A DNA stretch of 64,000 nt from an uncultured bacterium (GTDB lineage: Bacteria > JAGRBM01 > JAHCIT01), in NCBI GenBank assembly GCA_964565925.1, contig CAZMGV010000008.1:2664-66663 (forward strand), in the 5' to 3' direction. Positions 1 through 9,919 of the stretch are shown here, in pieces (position 1 is the first letter of the stretch; the number at the start of each line of letters is the position of its first letter). The notes below the pieces were generated by a model. The model saw only the letters and a program-made list of their open reading frames with translations, was not told the DNA's origin and searched no databases. Position numbers and translations under genes: made by a program.

Positions 1-161
1 ATATCACAATCAGACAGAATGTCTTTATGATAACAATCAGGCTCGGCAAAAAAGGTGACGGGAATTATCCGTTTGTGGGAAATACCGGCCGGTAGAAAAC
101 CGGCCTTCTTCTATATACTGTTCCGTCGTTCCGGTTCTCAGGTCCAGGAGGGGTTCTTCAG

Positions 162-1064
162 ATGGCCAGCAAACAGGCAAAGCAGTTTCGCAAAGTGGTG
201 AAGGTGATCGGCGGGGTGATGCTCTCGCCCGCGATTCCAGTGCCGGCGGCCCGCTGGCTCATGTCGAAATTCGGCGGCCTCCAGAAACCGGCGAACGGCG
301 TCTCCGTGAGCCAGGTGAAACTGGGCGGCGTCCCCACCGAGAAGCTCCGGCCGGGAACGGCGGCATCCGCCGCCGGAGCGGTCCTCTATTTTCACGGCGG
401 CGCCTACGTGGTGGGCTCGCCCGTGTCACACCGGCTGCTTACGAGCTGCCTCGCGCAGGCGTCCGGCATGACCGTTTTCGCCGCCGACTACCGGCTGGCG
501 CCAGAACACCCTTTCCCTGCCGCGGTCGAAGACGCCGTCGCCGCCTACCGGGCGCTGCTCTCCGAAGGCTACCGCCCCGAGAATATCGTGATCGGCGGTG
601 ATTCGGCGGGCGGCGGCCTCACGCTCGCGGCCGCCGTCAGCCTGCGGGACGCGAAACTCCCACAACCGGCCGCGCTCGTTCTGCTGTCCCCTTGGGCGGA
701 TCTCACCCTCAGCGGACCGACCATGAAGAGCAAGGCGAAAGTGGACCCGATGCTGACCGAGAAGTGGCTCCGCAAGATGGCGGACACCTATCTGCACGGA
801 AAGCCGGCAAAGTCGCCGACCGCGTCGCCGCTCTTCGCGAATCTCACGGGCCTGCCGCCCATGCTCATCCAGGTGGGCAGCGACGAAGTGCTGCTGAGCG
901 ACTCCGAGCGGCTGGCCGAAAATGCGAGAGCCGCCGGTGTGAAAGTGGACTACCACCTGTACGAGGACCTCTGGCATGTGTTCCAGGCGAGCCAGAAGCA
1001 GGTGCCCGAGGCGGACGAGGCGCTCGCCGAAATCGTCGGGTTTATCCGGAAGAACGTGAAGTAG
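162..1064 (+). CDS. alpha/beta hydrolase, HSL-family esterase/lipase
   Basis: HGGAYVVGS oxyanion-hole motif and GDSAGG nucleophile elbow; 300 aa; good RBS (aggagg) upstream. Confidence 0.8.
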   Translation: MASKQAKQFRKVVKVIGGVMLSPAIPVPAARWLMSKFGGLQKPANGVSVSQVKLGGVPTEKLRPGTAASAAGAVLYFHGGAYVVGSPVSHRLLTSCLAQASGMTVFAADYRLAPEHPFPAAVEDAVAAYRALLSEGYRPENIVIGGDSAGGGLTLAAAVSLRDAKLPQPAALVLLSPWADLTLSGPTMKSKAKVDPMLTEKWLRKMADTYLHGKPAKSPTASPLFANLTGLPPMLIQVGSDEVLLSDSERLAENARAAGVKVDYHLYEDLWHVFQASQKQVPEADEALAEIVGFIRKNVK

Positions 1065-1070
1065 GCGCCC

Positions 1071-1700
1071 TCAGCGGAACGCTCTCAGCACGAACTCCAT
1101 GATGACGGGGATCGTCTCGGGGATCCGGTCGCGCCGTTTGTCGGCGTGATAGGCGAGCAAAAGCGAATCGATCCCGCCCATGACGAGCTTGATCATCACC
1201 GGGTCGGCCGTCCGTGACAGTTTTCCCTGCCGGTGGGCCGTGACGATTTCGGCCGCGATAAAATCGCCCAGCCTGTCCATCACCCGCTTGCGGACGTTGC
1301 GGGGGCCCTCGCCCGCCGCCATCACCTGGTAACCGATCATCGGGAACTCCGACGCGCGGCGGATATAGGTCGAGAGCAGCAACTCCAGCCGCTCCATCGG
1401 ATCGGTCTTTCCTTCAAGAATTTTTTCCAGTTCCTTCGACAGCGCGCGCCCGCCCAGTTCGACCACCGCCATGAGCACGTCTTCCCGGGAGGCAAAGTGC
1501 TCGTAAAAGGCGCGGCTGCTGGTGCCCGCCGTCTTCACGATGTCGGCGACGGCGGCGTTGGCGTAACCTATCCGGTCGAACGTCTCGGCGGCGGCCAGCA
1601 GAATCCGCCACTTGTTCTTCCGGCGGCGTGCGAGCTGGTTCGGTGTCAGCGGCTTTTCGGGCGCGGGCGGTTTCTTGCGGGCCGCTACGGTTCGTTTCAT
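1071..1700 (-). CDS. TetR/AcrR family transcriptional regulator
   Basis: N-terminal TetR HTH (ILLAAAETFDRIGYANAAVADIVKTAGTSSRAFYEHF); ~200 aa. Confidence 0.8.
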   Translation of the reverse strand: MKRTVAARKKPPAPEKPLTPNQLARRRKNKWRILLAAAETFDRIGYANAAVADIVKTAGTSSRAFYEHFASREDVLMAVVELGGRALSKELEKILEGKTDPMERLELLLSTYIRRASEFPMIGYQVMAAGEGPRNVRKRVMDRLGDFIAAEIVTAHRQGKLSRTADPVMIKLVMGGIDSLLLAYHADKRRDRIPETIPVIMEFVLRAFR

Positions 1701-1810
1701 GGGAATTGGGGCTCCGCCCCGATTATGGAACGGTTCCGTTTCAAAACAAAAGGTGCGGCCCCGCTCAAGCGGAGCCGCACCCGGAATAGCCGTTGCCGTC
1801 AGAAGCTGCC

Positions 1811-3373
1811 TCAGTTGCGGCAGTCTTCTCCCGCGCAGGCCTCCAGCTGGTCCATACGGTTCATCAGCTGGGACGTGGTGGTCCGGTATTTGATCTGCCC
1901 CAGCGGCCCGGAGATCAGGTTATTCATTTCCCACGGGTCGCTGTTCAGGTCGTACAGTTCGTACTGGTGAAGGCCGAACGTATTGGCGTTCGCCTCATCG
2001 TACCACTCGACATACATGTACCGCTCGTTACGCACCGCCCGGTAGGTCGGGATCTCCTGCCCGATCGCCACGAACAGCGCTGGCGGGAGTTCCGCTCCGA
2101 TGCCGTTGGCACCGCCCGCCGTCACGTACTGGATGAGGAAATCCTTGCGCCATGGAGTTACCGCCGACGCGATCACCGGCGTCATCGACTTGCCGTCCAT
2201 GTCGGCCGGTTCCGCGAGGCCCGCCCAGTCGAGGAAGGTCGGCGCGAAATCGGACTCCAGCGTCATCTGGCTGCGTCGCTGACCCACGGGGATGCCGGGG
2301 CCGCGGACCGAGAACGGGATCCGGATCGACTCCTCATAGGGGGCCATCTTGTGGATCAGCCGGTGCGCGCCCAGGTTGTAGCCGTTGTCGCTCGTGAAGA
2401 TGATGTAGGTGTTGTCGAGTTCGCCGGCGGCGTCGAGCGCCTTCACGACATTCTCCACCAGATCGTCCAGCGCGTAGAGCGAGCCCTGACGGTTGCGGTA
2501 GTCGATCGGGTTCCAGGTGTTGACGATCGCCGCCCGCTGCGGGCCGGTGAGCCTTAGCCACGCGGACTTGTCGGAGAGGTCGGCCTCCTGAAAGTTCGGC
2601 ATCTGCGGCGGATTGGCGTTCACGTAGGGGTTGTTCGCGTGGCGCGGTGCCGGCGGAAGCGGCAGGTGCGGCGCCGTGGGGGCCACGTACAGGAAGAACG
2701 GCTGGTCGTCGTTCGTTTCGGCGCGCTGGATGAAATCCACCGCGTGACGGGCGACGTAGTCGGTCGAGTAGTCGTCTGGCTGCCAGCCGTACTGGCGGAC
2801 CGTGCCATTCTCGTTCACGCCGTAACCGTAGCCCATGTACTCCTGCAGGCGCGGGCCCACGAAACCGTACCACTCGGACCAGCCGGGCGGGATGTGGGTC
2901 GGGTCCGCATCGATTCCGTTCATGTATTTTCCGATGAGCCCGGTCTTGTACCCGGCGTTCTTCAGATAGACGGCGAAGGTCTTGTCCTCGTTGCCGTTCC
3001 TTACGAACGTCGCCCAGCCGCCCTGATCGCCGCCGTTGGTCAGCACGCCGGTGTTGTGGCCCAGCTTGCCGGTCAGAATCGTGCTGCGCGCCGGGCAGCA
3101 GATCGGGGTGGGCGCATAGGCGTTATCGAACACCAGCCCCTTGTCGTTGATGAGCGCCTTGGTCTTCTTGAGCGGATCGTCGAGCCCCTTCGACGTCGCG
3201 CGCTCCCAGTAAGGAGAGGTGCGGTTGTCGAGGTCATCCGACAGGATGAACACGATGTTGGGCTGCCGCTGGGCGGCGGCCTTCACAGGCCTGGTTGCGG
3301 GTGAGAAAAGAACCACCAGGCCCAGCGATGCCAGTGCCGCGGTGATCCAGATCGGTCGGGTTGAACGTTTCAT
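1811..3373 (-). CDS. Cys-type sulfatase (arylsulfatase family), secreted
   Basis: Signal peptide; sulfatase signature CCPARSTILTGK (C-x-P-x-R formylglycine site); 520 aa. Confidence 0.8.
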   Translation of the reverse strand: MKRSTRPIWITAALASLGLVVLFSPATRPVKAAAQRQPNIVFILSDDLDNRTSPYWERATSKGLDDPLKKTKALINDKGLVFDNAYAPTPICCPARSTILTGKLGHNTGVLTNGGDQGGWATFVRNGNEDKTFAVYLKNAGYKTGLIGKYMNGIDADPTHIPPGWSEWYGFVGPRLQEYMGYGYGVNENGTVRQYGWQPDDYSTDYVARHAVDFIQRAETNDDQPFFLYVAPTAPHLPLPPAPRHANNPYVNANPPQMPNFQEADLSDKSAWLRLTGPQRAAIVNTWNPIDYRNRQGSLYALDDLVENVVKALDAAGELDNTYIIFTSDNGYNLGAHRLIHKMAPYEESIRIPFSVRGPGIPVGQRRSQMTLESDFAPTFLDWAGLAEPADMDGKSMTPVIASAVTPWRKDFLIQYVTAGGANGIGAELPPALFVAIGQEIPTYRAVRNERYMYVEWYDEANANTFGLHQYELYDLNSDPWEMNNLISGPLGQIKYRTTTSQLMNRMDQLEACAGEDCRN

Positions 3374-3678
3374 TGGCTTTTCCTCCAGCCTTTATATTTG
3401 AAACGTTGTTATTTCAAATATAACGTTTCCTGTCAACAGAATAATCATGTGCCGACGCTGTATACTATACAACTAATTGTTTTTACTCATATTTTAACTG
3501 ACATATTTTATGGTCAGATTAGGTTCTCAGAAAACTAAACAGACACGTTTTCAGTCCATTCTGGATAAACACCCGTTCTCCTTAGACGGCGGGATTCCGT
3601 GCATAATGCGGCTGGAACGGGTGGCGGGCGCTGGTTAAGCTCGCGCATCCCCCTACCCCTTCAGGAGACCCGCCTTCC
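3374..3678. promoter_or_regulatory. AT-rich divergent intergenic region (sulfatase <- -> NMO) with palindromic element
   Basis: ~300 bp of strongly AT-rich DNA in a high-GC genome; inverted repeat atatttgaaa(8 nt)tttcaaatat and repeated AACGTT palindromes near 3395-3440. Confidence 0.4.
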
Positions 3679-4626
3679 ATGACTATCCACACTCCGGTCT
3701 GCGACCTCCTCGGAATCGAATACCCGGTCATCCTGGGCGGCATGATGGGCGTCTCCGACGGCGTGCTGTCGGCGGCCGTCTCGGAAGCGGGGGGCCTTGG
3801 CACGATTTCAGCGGCCACGTTCGGCGCGGCCGGCACCAAGCGGGAGATCCTCAAGCTCAAGGAGCGCACGAGCAAGCCGTTCTCGGTTAACCTGCCGATC
3901 TTCCACCCCGAAGTGCCCAAGATTGTCGAGGCGCTGCTCGAAACGGACGTGAAGATTGTCACGACCGCCGCCGGGAGCCCGGACAAGTTTACCAAGGCAC
4001 TGAAAGAACGCGGCATTATCGTCATCCATGTCATCTCGACCGTGCGGACCGCGCTCAAAGCGGAGGCCGCCGGTGTCGATATCGTGGTCGCCGAAGGGGT
4101 CGAATCGGGCGGCAAGGTGAGCCCCGAAGAGGTCCCCACCATCTCGCTCGTCCCGCAGGTCTGCGACGCGGTGAAAATACCGGTGATCGCGGCAGGCGGT
4201 CTGGCCGACGGACGGGGGTTGCTCGCGGCACTGGCGCTGGGCGCGCAGGGTGTCCAGATGGGCACGCTGTTCATTGCCTCGACCGAAGCGCCGGTACACG
4301 CCAATTGGAAGAACGTGCTGGTGAACGCCGGCGACGCGGCCACTTCGGTCGCCTGCCGCAAGTCCTCACCCACCCGGCTGATCCGGAACGAGTTTTTCTC
4401 CGAGCTGGAGGCGCAGGACGCGCCCGGCAAGCGCGCGATGGATTTCATGATGATCCAGGGCCAGGGGATGGCTCGCATTCCGGCCGACGCCGAAGGACTG
4501 AAAGGCAACTACACAGCCGGCGCCGGAGCGGGCCTCATCCACAAGGTGCGTTCCTCCGCCGACATCATCCGGGACCTGATCGCCGTGGCCGAGAAGGACC
4601 TCACTCGCCTCAACACGTTCCGCTAG
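3679..4626 (+). CDS. nitronate monooxygenase (NMO / 2-nitropropane dioxygenase family, FabK-like)
   Basis: GGMMGVSDGVLSAAVSEAGGLGTI FMN-binding N-terminus typical of NMO family; 315 aa. Confidence 0.75.
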   Translation: MTIHTPVCDLLGIEYPVILGGMMGVSDGVLSAAVSEAGGLGTISAATFGAAGTKREILKLKERTSKPFSVNLPIFHPEVPKIVEALLETDVKIVTTAAGSPDKFTKALKERGIIVIHVISTVRTALKAEAAGVDIVVAEGVESGGKVSPEEVPTISLVPQVCDAVKIPVIAAGGLADGRGLLAALALGAQGVQMGTLFIASTEAPVHANWKNVLVNAGDAATSVACRKSSPTRLIRNEFFSELEAQDAPGKRAMDFMMIQGQGMARIPADAEGLKGNYTAGAGAGLIHKVRSSADIIRDLIAVAEKDLTRLNTFR

Positions 4627-4659
4627 AACCGCACACCCGATCTCCGGAAGGAATCCGCA

Positions 4660-5268
4660 ATGAAGCTCTATAACGACAACATGGCTCCCAATCCGCGCCG
4701 CGCGCGGATATTCATCGCCGAAAAGGGGATCACGATCCCCATGGTGAACGTGAATATCGCCGGTAAGGAGAACCGCACCGACGACTTCCTGGCGAAAAAC
4801 CCGCTGGGGCTGCTGCCGGTGCTGGAACTGGACGACGGCCGCATGCTGCCCGAATCGACAACCATCTGCCGCTATATCGAGGAAATGCATCCCGAGCCGA
4901 ACCTGATGGGCCGCGACGCCTGGGAGCGCGCGACCATCGACCGGTGGAACCGGCACATGGAGTTCGAACTGTTCCTCCCGATCGCGCAGACGTTCCGCAA
5001 CACGCACCCGTTCTGGAAGGGCCGCATCCCGCAGTCGCCCGACTACGGCGAGATGTGCCGCAGCTCCGCCGAGAAGCGCATCCAGTGGCTGAACGACGAG
5101 ATGGCCGGCCGCGAGTTCGTCGCCGGTGACCGGTTCACCATCGCCGACATTTCGGCGCTCGTCGCCATCGATTTCGGCCGTATCTCGAATATCCGCATCC
5201 AGCCCGGCCAGACGAACCTGGAGCGCTGGCACAAGGCGGTCTCGGCGCGCCCGAGCGCCAAGGCATAA
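4660..5268 (+). CDS. glutathione S-transferase
   Basis: GST N-terminal thioredoxin-like region (KLYNDNMAPNPRRARIFIAEKGI) and C-terminal GST domain; 202 aa. Confidence 0.75.
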   Translation: MKLYNDNMAPNPRRARIFIAEKGITIPMVNVNIAGKENRTDDFLAKNPLGLLPVLELDDGRMLPESTTICRYIEEMHPEPNLMGRDAWERATIDRWNRHMEFELFLPIAQTFRNTHPFWKGRIPQSPDYGEMCRSSAEKRIQWLNDEMAGREFVAGDRFTIADISALVAIDFGRISNIRIQPGQTNLERWHKAVSARPSAKA

Positions 5269-5285
5269 TCCGCAGGGAGATTCCC

Positions 5286-6011
5286 ATGAGCCTCGCCGAT
5301 CAGCTTGCCGACAGAGCCAGCGGCCCGATCGACCGCAAGGAGTTCGCCCGGCTTTATGCGATCACCGACCCTGCCCCCGTCGACGTACTCAACCTGATCC
5401 GGTTCAAAAACCGCAACTCCTACAACGTCTACGGGATGATGATGGTCCCGACGCTGAAAGCCATCGGCGGCTCGATCCGCTGGACCGGCCGGCACGTACA
5501 GGCGCTTTCCGGCGAACCCCAGTCGGAAGAGCTGATTGTCGTGCGCTACCCGATGATCCGGCGCTTCCTCCAGATGGCGGTGAACCCGCTGTACCTGGCC
5601 GTCGCCAACCCGTTCCGCACCCGCGGCGTGAGCCACTTCGAGGCCTCCTTCACCACACCGGACGAACCGGCCGCGTTCGACAGGGAACCGTGGATCGCCG
5701 TCATTCACTTCAACGGAGACGACAGCGCGTATAATCGTGTGCGGGACATCGCCGTCAGCGCCGGCGGCAGATACGTCTATTCATCGAAAGAGTTCAGTCC
5801 GGTATCGATCCTGAAAAAGTTTACGCCCACCGACCCGAATCCGCTCCGGTTCAAGCGCGTCGCCTTCTTCGCGTTCCCGTCGCAGGAAGACGCCGCCCGC
5901 GCCCTCACCCCGGCTGTGACCGGGCGTATCGGCGCCGCCACCGAAGGCGCTTCCGTCCAGCTCTACCGGCGGGCCAGCCTGAAAGAGTTCATCCCGCGCT
6001 TTAGCCGCTGA
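5286..6011 (+). CDS. hypothetical protein (possible dimeric alpha/beta-barrel, DUF1330-like tandem)
   Basis: Coding-like composition and RBS (gggaga); no recognisable catalytic motif. Confidence 0.45.
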   Translation: MSLADQLADRASGPIDRKEFARLYAITDPAPVDVLNLIRFKNRNSYNVYGMMMVPTLKAIGGSIRWTGRHVQALSGEPQSEELIVVRYPMIRRFLQMAVNPLYLAVANPFRTRGVSHFEASFTTPDEPAAFDREPWIAVIHFNGDDSAYNRVRDIAVSAGGRYVYSSKEFSPVSILKKFTPTDPNPLRFKRVAFFAFPSQEDAARALTPAVTGRIGAATEGASVQLYRRASLKEFIPRFSR

Positions 6012-8145
6012 TCACGGAGTTGATCTGGTCGCGCAGCGTTTCCATCGATAGCGGCTTCTGCAGGAACCCGCTGGCGCCCCTGGAGAGAACCGTTTCGAGC
6101 GCGTCCGGATCGGCGTAGCCGCTCATCAGGATCACCGGAAGCTGCGGACGCTGGGATTTGAGCCGCGAGAGCACCTGCCAGCCGTCCATCTCCGGCATGT
6201 TGAGGTCCAGCAGGACGCATGACACGTCCTTGCCGTCCCGGGACAGGAGTCCCAGCACGTCTCCGCCGCCCGTGAGCCCTTCCACGCTGAACCCGAGCGT
6301 CTCCGTCATCGCCACGATCGTGTCCCGGATATCCTTCTCGTCGTCCACGACGAGTATCCGGCCCGCCGCCGCCCGGGGCTGCACCGCCGGCGCCGGCTTG
6401 GGTTCCGGCTTCACGCTGGCCACCGGGAAGTAGAGCCGCATCAGCGTGCCCCTGCCCGGCTGGCTCTCCACCTGGATCGCGCCCCGGTGCGACTGGACGA
6501 TTCCGAGCAGCGCCGAGAGACCCAGCCCCCGGCCCCGCGGCTTGGTGCTGAAAAACGGATCGAAAATGTGGGCGAGCACGCTCTCGTCCATCCCGCAGCC
6601 GTTGTCGCGGATGTCGAGACGCACATAACGGCCGGCGGCGAGCGCCTTGCCGTTGACCGACACGACCGGCTCCCGGTCGGTCACCTCGGCCGCAGCGGAA
6701 CTGATCGTGATGGTGCCGGGATTGTCGCCGATGGCTTCGACGGCGTTCTGGATCAGGTTGACAAGAATCTGGTTGATCTGCCCGGGGTCGCCCTGAACAG
6801 GCGTCACGTCCGGCGAAAGCTCCAGGCGCAGATCGACCGCCGCGGGGATCGACACCCGCATCACCTTGGAAAGCTCCTCGGCGGCGGCGTTCAGCGACAC
6901 CGGCGACTGGCTGCGGCGCCCCTTGCCCGTCGAGTGCAGCAGCTGCTTTACCAGATCCGCCGCCCGGCGGGCGGCGGCCTTGATGCTGACGATATTCTCC
7001 AGTGTCTCCGAGCCGGGTTCGAGCGAGCGTTCGGCCAGCGTCGCGTGCCCCAGTATCGGCGTCAGCAGGTTGTTGAAGTCGTGCGCGATGCCGCCGGCGA
7101 GCATGCCCAGGCTCTCCATCCGGCGCGCATGGGCGAGCTGGCGCTCCAGCTCCGAGCGGCGCTTCTCTTCCTTGCGCTGCTCGGTGACGTCCGTGGCCGA
7201 GCTGGTCAGCGAGACGACCCTCCCTTCCCTGATGACGGGCCAGATCCGCGTTTCAAAACTCCGGGCCGTACCGTCATGGTGGTGATACTCCCCGCAGTAG
7301 CTGCCGGGCTTACCAGTGGCGATCACGTGATCCATGCAGCCGCGCTGGGCGGCGTGGAACTCGGGCGCCGTCAGGTCGAACACGTTCACCCCCAGCACCT
7401 GATCCATCGTGAGTTCCGGGATTGTCCGGTTGCAGAACAGGATCTTGCCGTCCAGATCGAGCGACAGGACGTAGTCCGGCGAGCTTTCGGCCACCGACCG
7501 CCACTTGGATTCCGACTCCCGAAGTTCGATCTCCGCCATTTTGCGCGCCGTCACGTCCCGGGTCATGCCCAGCGCTCCTTCGAAATTCCCGTCCGCATCG
7601 AACAGCGGATCGGTCTGCATCTCGACCCAGACCTCCGTGCCATCGAGACGGCGGAACTTGAAGCTGTGTTCCTCGCTGATCCCCTGGCGGCGCCGGTCCA
7701 TGTTATTGCCGGCCCGCGCCTTCGCCTCGTCGTCCATGAAATCCCACATGGTGCTGACCAGCATCTGCCCCATGGTGACGCCGAGAATGTCGGCCATCCG
7801 GCTGTTGGCGTAGGTCGTACGCCCCTCCCGGTCGATCATCCAGACCCCTTCGCCGGTTGTGCGGATGATCCGGGCGTACTGGGCCTCGACCGAGCGAAGC
7901 GTCGTTTCCACGCTTTTCTTTTCGTCGATCAGCCGGCCGGCAACGGCGGCGAAAACCAGCAGAATCGCAAACAGGCCGAGCCGCATCCACAGCTCGGACC
8001 CGGCCGGATACAGCAGCATTTCCTGGAAACTGCCCTGCCCGAACAAAAGCGAATCCGCAGCCGCGTCGAGGACCCAGAACAGGGCCCACAAACCGACCGC
8101 AAGGCTCATCAGCCTCGGATAAATTAACCGGCGTGCGCGTTGCAC
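6001..8145 (-). CDS. hybrid sensor histidine kinase/response regulator with PAS domains
   Basis: 2 N-terminal TM helices, PAS repeats, HisKA (HDFNNLLTPI), HATPase_c (GCGMDE...GLGLS), C-terminal receiver domain (ILVVDDEKDIRD). Confidence 0.85.
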   Translation of the reverse strand: MQRARRLIYPRLMSLAVGLWALFWVLDAAADSLLFGQGSFQEMLLYPAGSELWMRLGLFAILLVFAAVAGRLIDEKKSVETTLRSVEAQYARIIRTTGEGVWMIDREGRTTYANSRMADILGVTMGQMLVSTMWDFMDDEAKARAGNNMDRRRQGISEEHSFKFRRLDGTEVWVEMQTDPLFDADGNFEGALGMTRDVTARKMAEIELRESESKWRSVAESSPDYVLSLDLDGKILFCNRTIPELTMDQVLGVNVFDLTAPEFHAAQRGCMDHVIATGKPGSYCGEYHHHDGTARSFETRIWPVIREGRVVSLTSSATDVTEQRKEEKRRSELERQLAHARRMESLGMLAGGIAHDFNNLLTPILGHATLAERSLEPGSETLENIVSIKAAARRAADLVKQLLHSTGKGRRSQSPVSLNAAAEELSKVMRVSIPAAVDLRLELSPDVTPVQGDPGQINQILVNLIQNAVEAIGDNPGTITISSAAAEVTDREPVVSVNGKALAAGRYVRLDIRDNGCGMDESVLAHIFDPFFSTKPRGRGLGLSALLGIVQSHRGAIQVESQPGRGTLMRLYFPVASVKPEPKPAPAVQPRAAAGRILVVDDEKDIRDTIVAMTETLGFSVEGLTGGGDVLGLLSRDGKDVSCVLLDLNMPEMDGWQVLSRLKSQRPQLPVILMSGYADPDALETVLSRGASGFLQKPLSMETLRDQINSVISG

Positions 8146-8290
8146 GATTTCCCCCGTCCCCGGGACCGCTCTGACGCGGACTCCTTCGGACCGAACCCCT
8201 TGAAACGATAAAGATATACTAAGACCAACGGGGCGCCGCCCGCAACGGGAAAATAACGGGGAACCGCACGGAATTTTTTAAAATCTGGAA

Positions 8291-9019
8291 TCAGCGGACC
8301 CGGCAGCGCTCGGCACCGATCACGTGCTTCAGATCCATAAGTGCTGTTTCAACCTCGACGTTGCGGACCACGTAGTCGAACTGGTCCACCGCCTGCATTT
8401 CGGTTTCGGCCGTCTTGAGACGCCGCTGGATCTGATCGCGGCTTTCGGTGCTGCGCAGACGCAGCCGGTGCTTGAGCTCGCTCAGCGACGGCGGCGAAAT
8501 GAACACCAGAATGGCTTCCTTCAGCGCCGCCCGGATCGACATGGCCCCCTGCAGATCCACCTCGATCAGGATGTCCTGCCCGCTCGAAAGCTGGTCCTGT
8601 ACCCACTGCTTGCCCGTGCCGTAGTAGTTCATCCCGTGAACGTAGGCGTATTCCAGGAATTCGTTACGCTTTACCATTTTCTGGAACTGGTCGCGGCTCA
8701 CGAAGTGGTAGTCGCGGCCGTTGCGCTCGCCCGGACGGCGGTCGCGGGTCGTATAGCTCACGCTCCAGCGCATCCGGGGGTCTTCGGCCAGCAGCCGCCG
8801 GATCAGCGTCGATTTGCCGGAACCCGACGGCCCAGCCACGACGACGACAATTCCCCGCCGGCCTTTGCCGGGGATTTTATGGCCGGGAACATTATGGCCC
8901 GGGATCTTTTGAGCAGGCGCCCTTTTCTGACCGGACGAATTCCCGCCGGCCGCCTTGCCTGCAGGTACCTTATGAGCGGGTTTCTTCCCTTTGCTATTCG
9001 AGGTTCTGGACTTGTTCAC
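8291..9019 (-). CDS. gmk: guanylate kinase (low-complexity N-terminal extension in the ORF; true start may be downstream non-ATG)
   Basis: GPSGSGKSTLIRRL P-loop and YTTR motif; overlaps yicC stop by 26 nt at the annotated ORF start. Confidence 0.85.
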   Translation of the reverse strand: MNKSRTSNSKGKKPAHKVPAGKAAGGNSSGQKRAPAQKIPGHNVPGHKIPGKGRRGIVVVVAGPSGSGKSTLIRRLLAEDPRMRWSVSYTTRDRRPGERNGRDYHFVSRDQFQKMVKRNEFLEYAYVHGMNYYGTGKQWVQDQLSSGQDILIEVDLQGAMSIRAALKEAILVFISPPSLSELKHRLRLRSTESRDQIQRRLKTAETEMQAVDQFDYVVRNVEVETALMDLKHVIGAERCRVR

Positions 9020-9875
9020 GGATTCGCTCGATCTCGCTCTTCATATCCACGATCCGGTGGGCCACCGACGTGTTCTGCGCCTTCGACCCGATCGTATTCA
9101 GTTCGCGGAAAATCTCCTGGATGAGAAAGTCCAGCTTGCGCCCGCAGGGCTCGCGCCCCGTGAGCAGTTCGCCGAATTTCTGCAGGTGGCTCTCGAACCG
9201 GACGATCTCTTCGGTCACGTCGGCGCGGTCCACCCAGTAGACCACCTCCTGCGCGAGCCGCTGCTCGTCCAGTTTCAGTTCCACTTCCAGTTCTTTCAGG
9301 CGCTTCTGGATCCGTTCTCGCAGGTTCTGGACGGTCTCGGGGCGCGCCTCTCGCAGCGCGGGGATATGCGCCTTCAGTCCGTCCATCCGCTGGTTCAGGT
9401 CCAGCGCCAGATGCTCGCCCTCGATGGTCCGGACCTTGTCGAGGTCTTCCAGCGCCGCCTCAACGATCTTCACGACCGCATCGGTCACCCGTTCCGACAC
9501 CTCGAAGCGTGACTGCTTCACGACATCCCGCTGCGCGATCACGAGCCTGAACAGGTCGGCGGGGTCGGACTTCAGATGCAGGGTGCTTGCCAGGTTCTCG
9601 AACTCCCGGGCGTAGTGCTCGGCCAGCCCCAGGTCGATCGTGACCGGCTTGCTGTCACCCGCGACCACCGTTTCGTCGAGCGTGAGGTCCACCCGGCCCC
9701 GGTTCACCCGCGAGCGCACGACCTCGGTCAGCTTGCCTTCCAGGATGAGCAGCGACGGCGGCAGCCGGAGCTTGGGGTCCAGGTTGCGGCTGTTCACCGT
9801 CCGGATCTCGCACGAAATCTGGCGGCCTTCCACCACTCCCTGCGCGCGTCCGAACCCGGTCATGCTTTTCGGCAT
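8994..9875 (-). CDS. yicC: YicC family stress-induced protein (DUF1732)
   Basis: MTGFGRAQG...SCEIRTVNSR N-terminus characteristic of YicC; conserved yicC-gmk neighbourhood. Confidence 0.8.
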   Translation of the reverse strand: MPKSMTGFGRAQGVVEGRQISCEIRTVNSRNLDPKLRLPPSLLILEGKLTEVVRSRVNRGRVDLTLDETVVAGDSKPVTIDLGLAEHYAREFENLASTLHLKSDPADLFRLVIAQRDVVKQSRFEVSERVTDAVVKIVEAALEDLDKVRTIEGEHLALDLNQRMDGLKAHIPALREARPETVQNLRERIQKRLKELEVELKLDEQRLAQEVVYWVDRADVTEEIVRFESHLQKFGELLTGREPCGRKLDFLIQEIFRELNTIGSKAQNTSVAHRIVDMKSEIERIREQVQNLE

Positions 9876-9919
9876 AGGGGTTTCATGTAACCGGTTTTCC
9901 GGCGGCGGGGAAGTGAAAC

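Noticed and set aside
1233-1970. Long antisense ORFs overlapping well-supported genes (for example 1233-1970, 1793-2557, 6487-8127, 11631-13232, 13157-14422, 23813-24865, 28973-30025, 40905-42137, 45100-46239)
   Set aside because: These are typical stop-codon-poor antisense frames of high-GC DNA. Their translations are Arg/Ala/Gly-rich low-complexity with no motifs, and they lie opposite genes with strong family signatures.
8932-9019. Low-complexity N-terminal 50 residues of gmk as genuine domain
   Set aside because: This stretch overlaps the yicC 3' end and is K/P/G low-complexity. Guanylate kinase cores normally begin just before the P-loop, so the true start is probably a non-ATG codon downstream.
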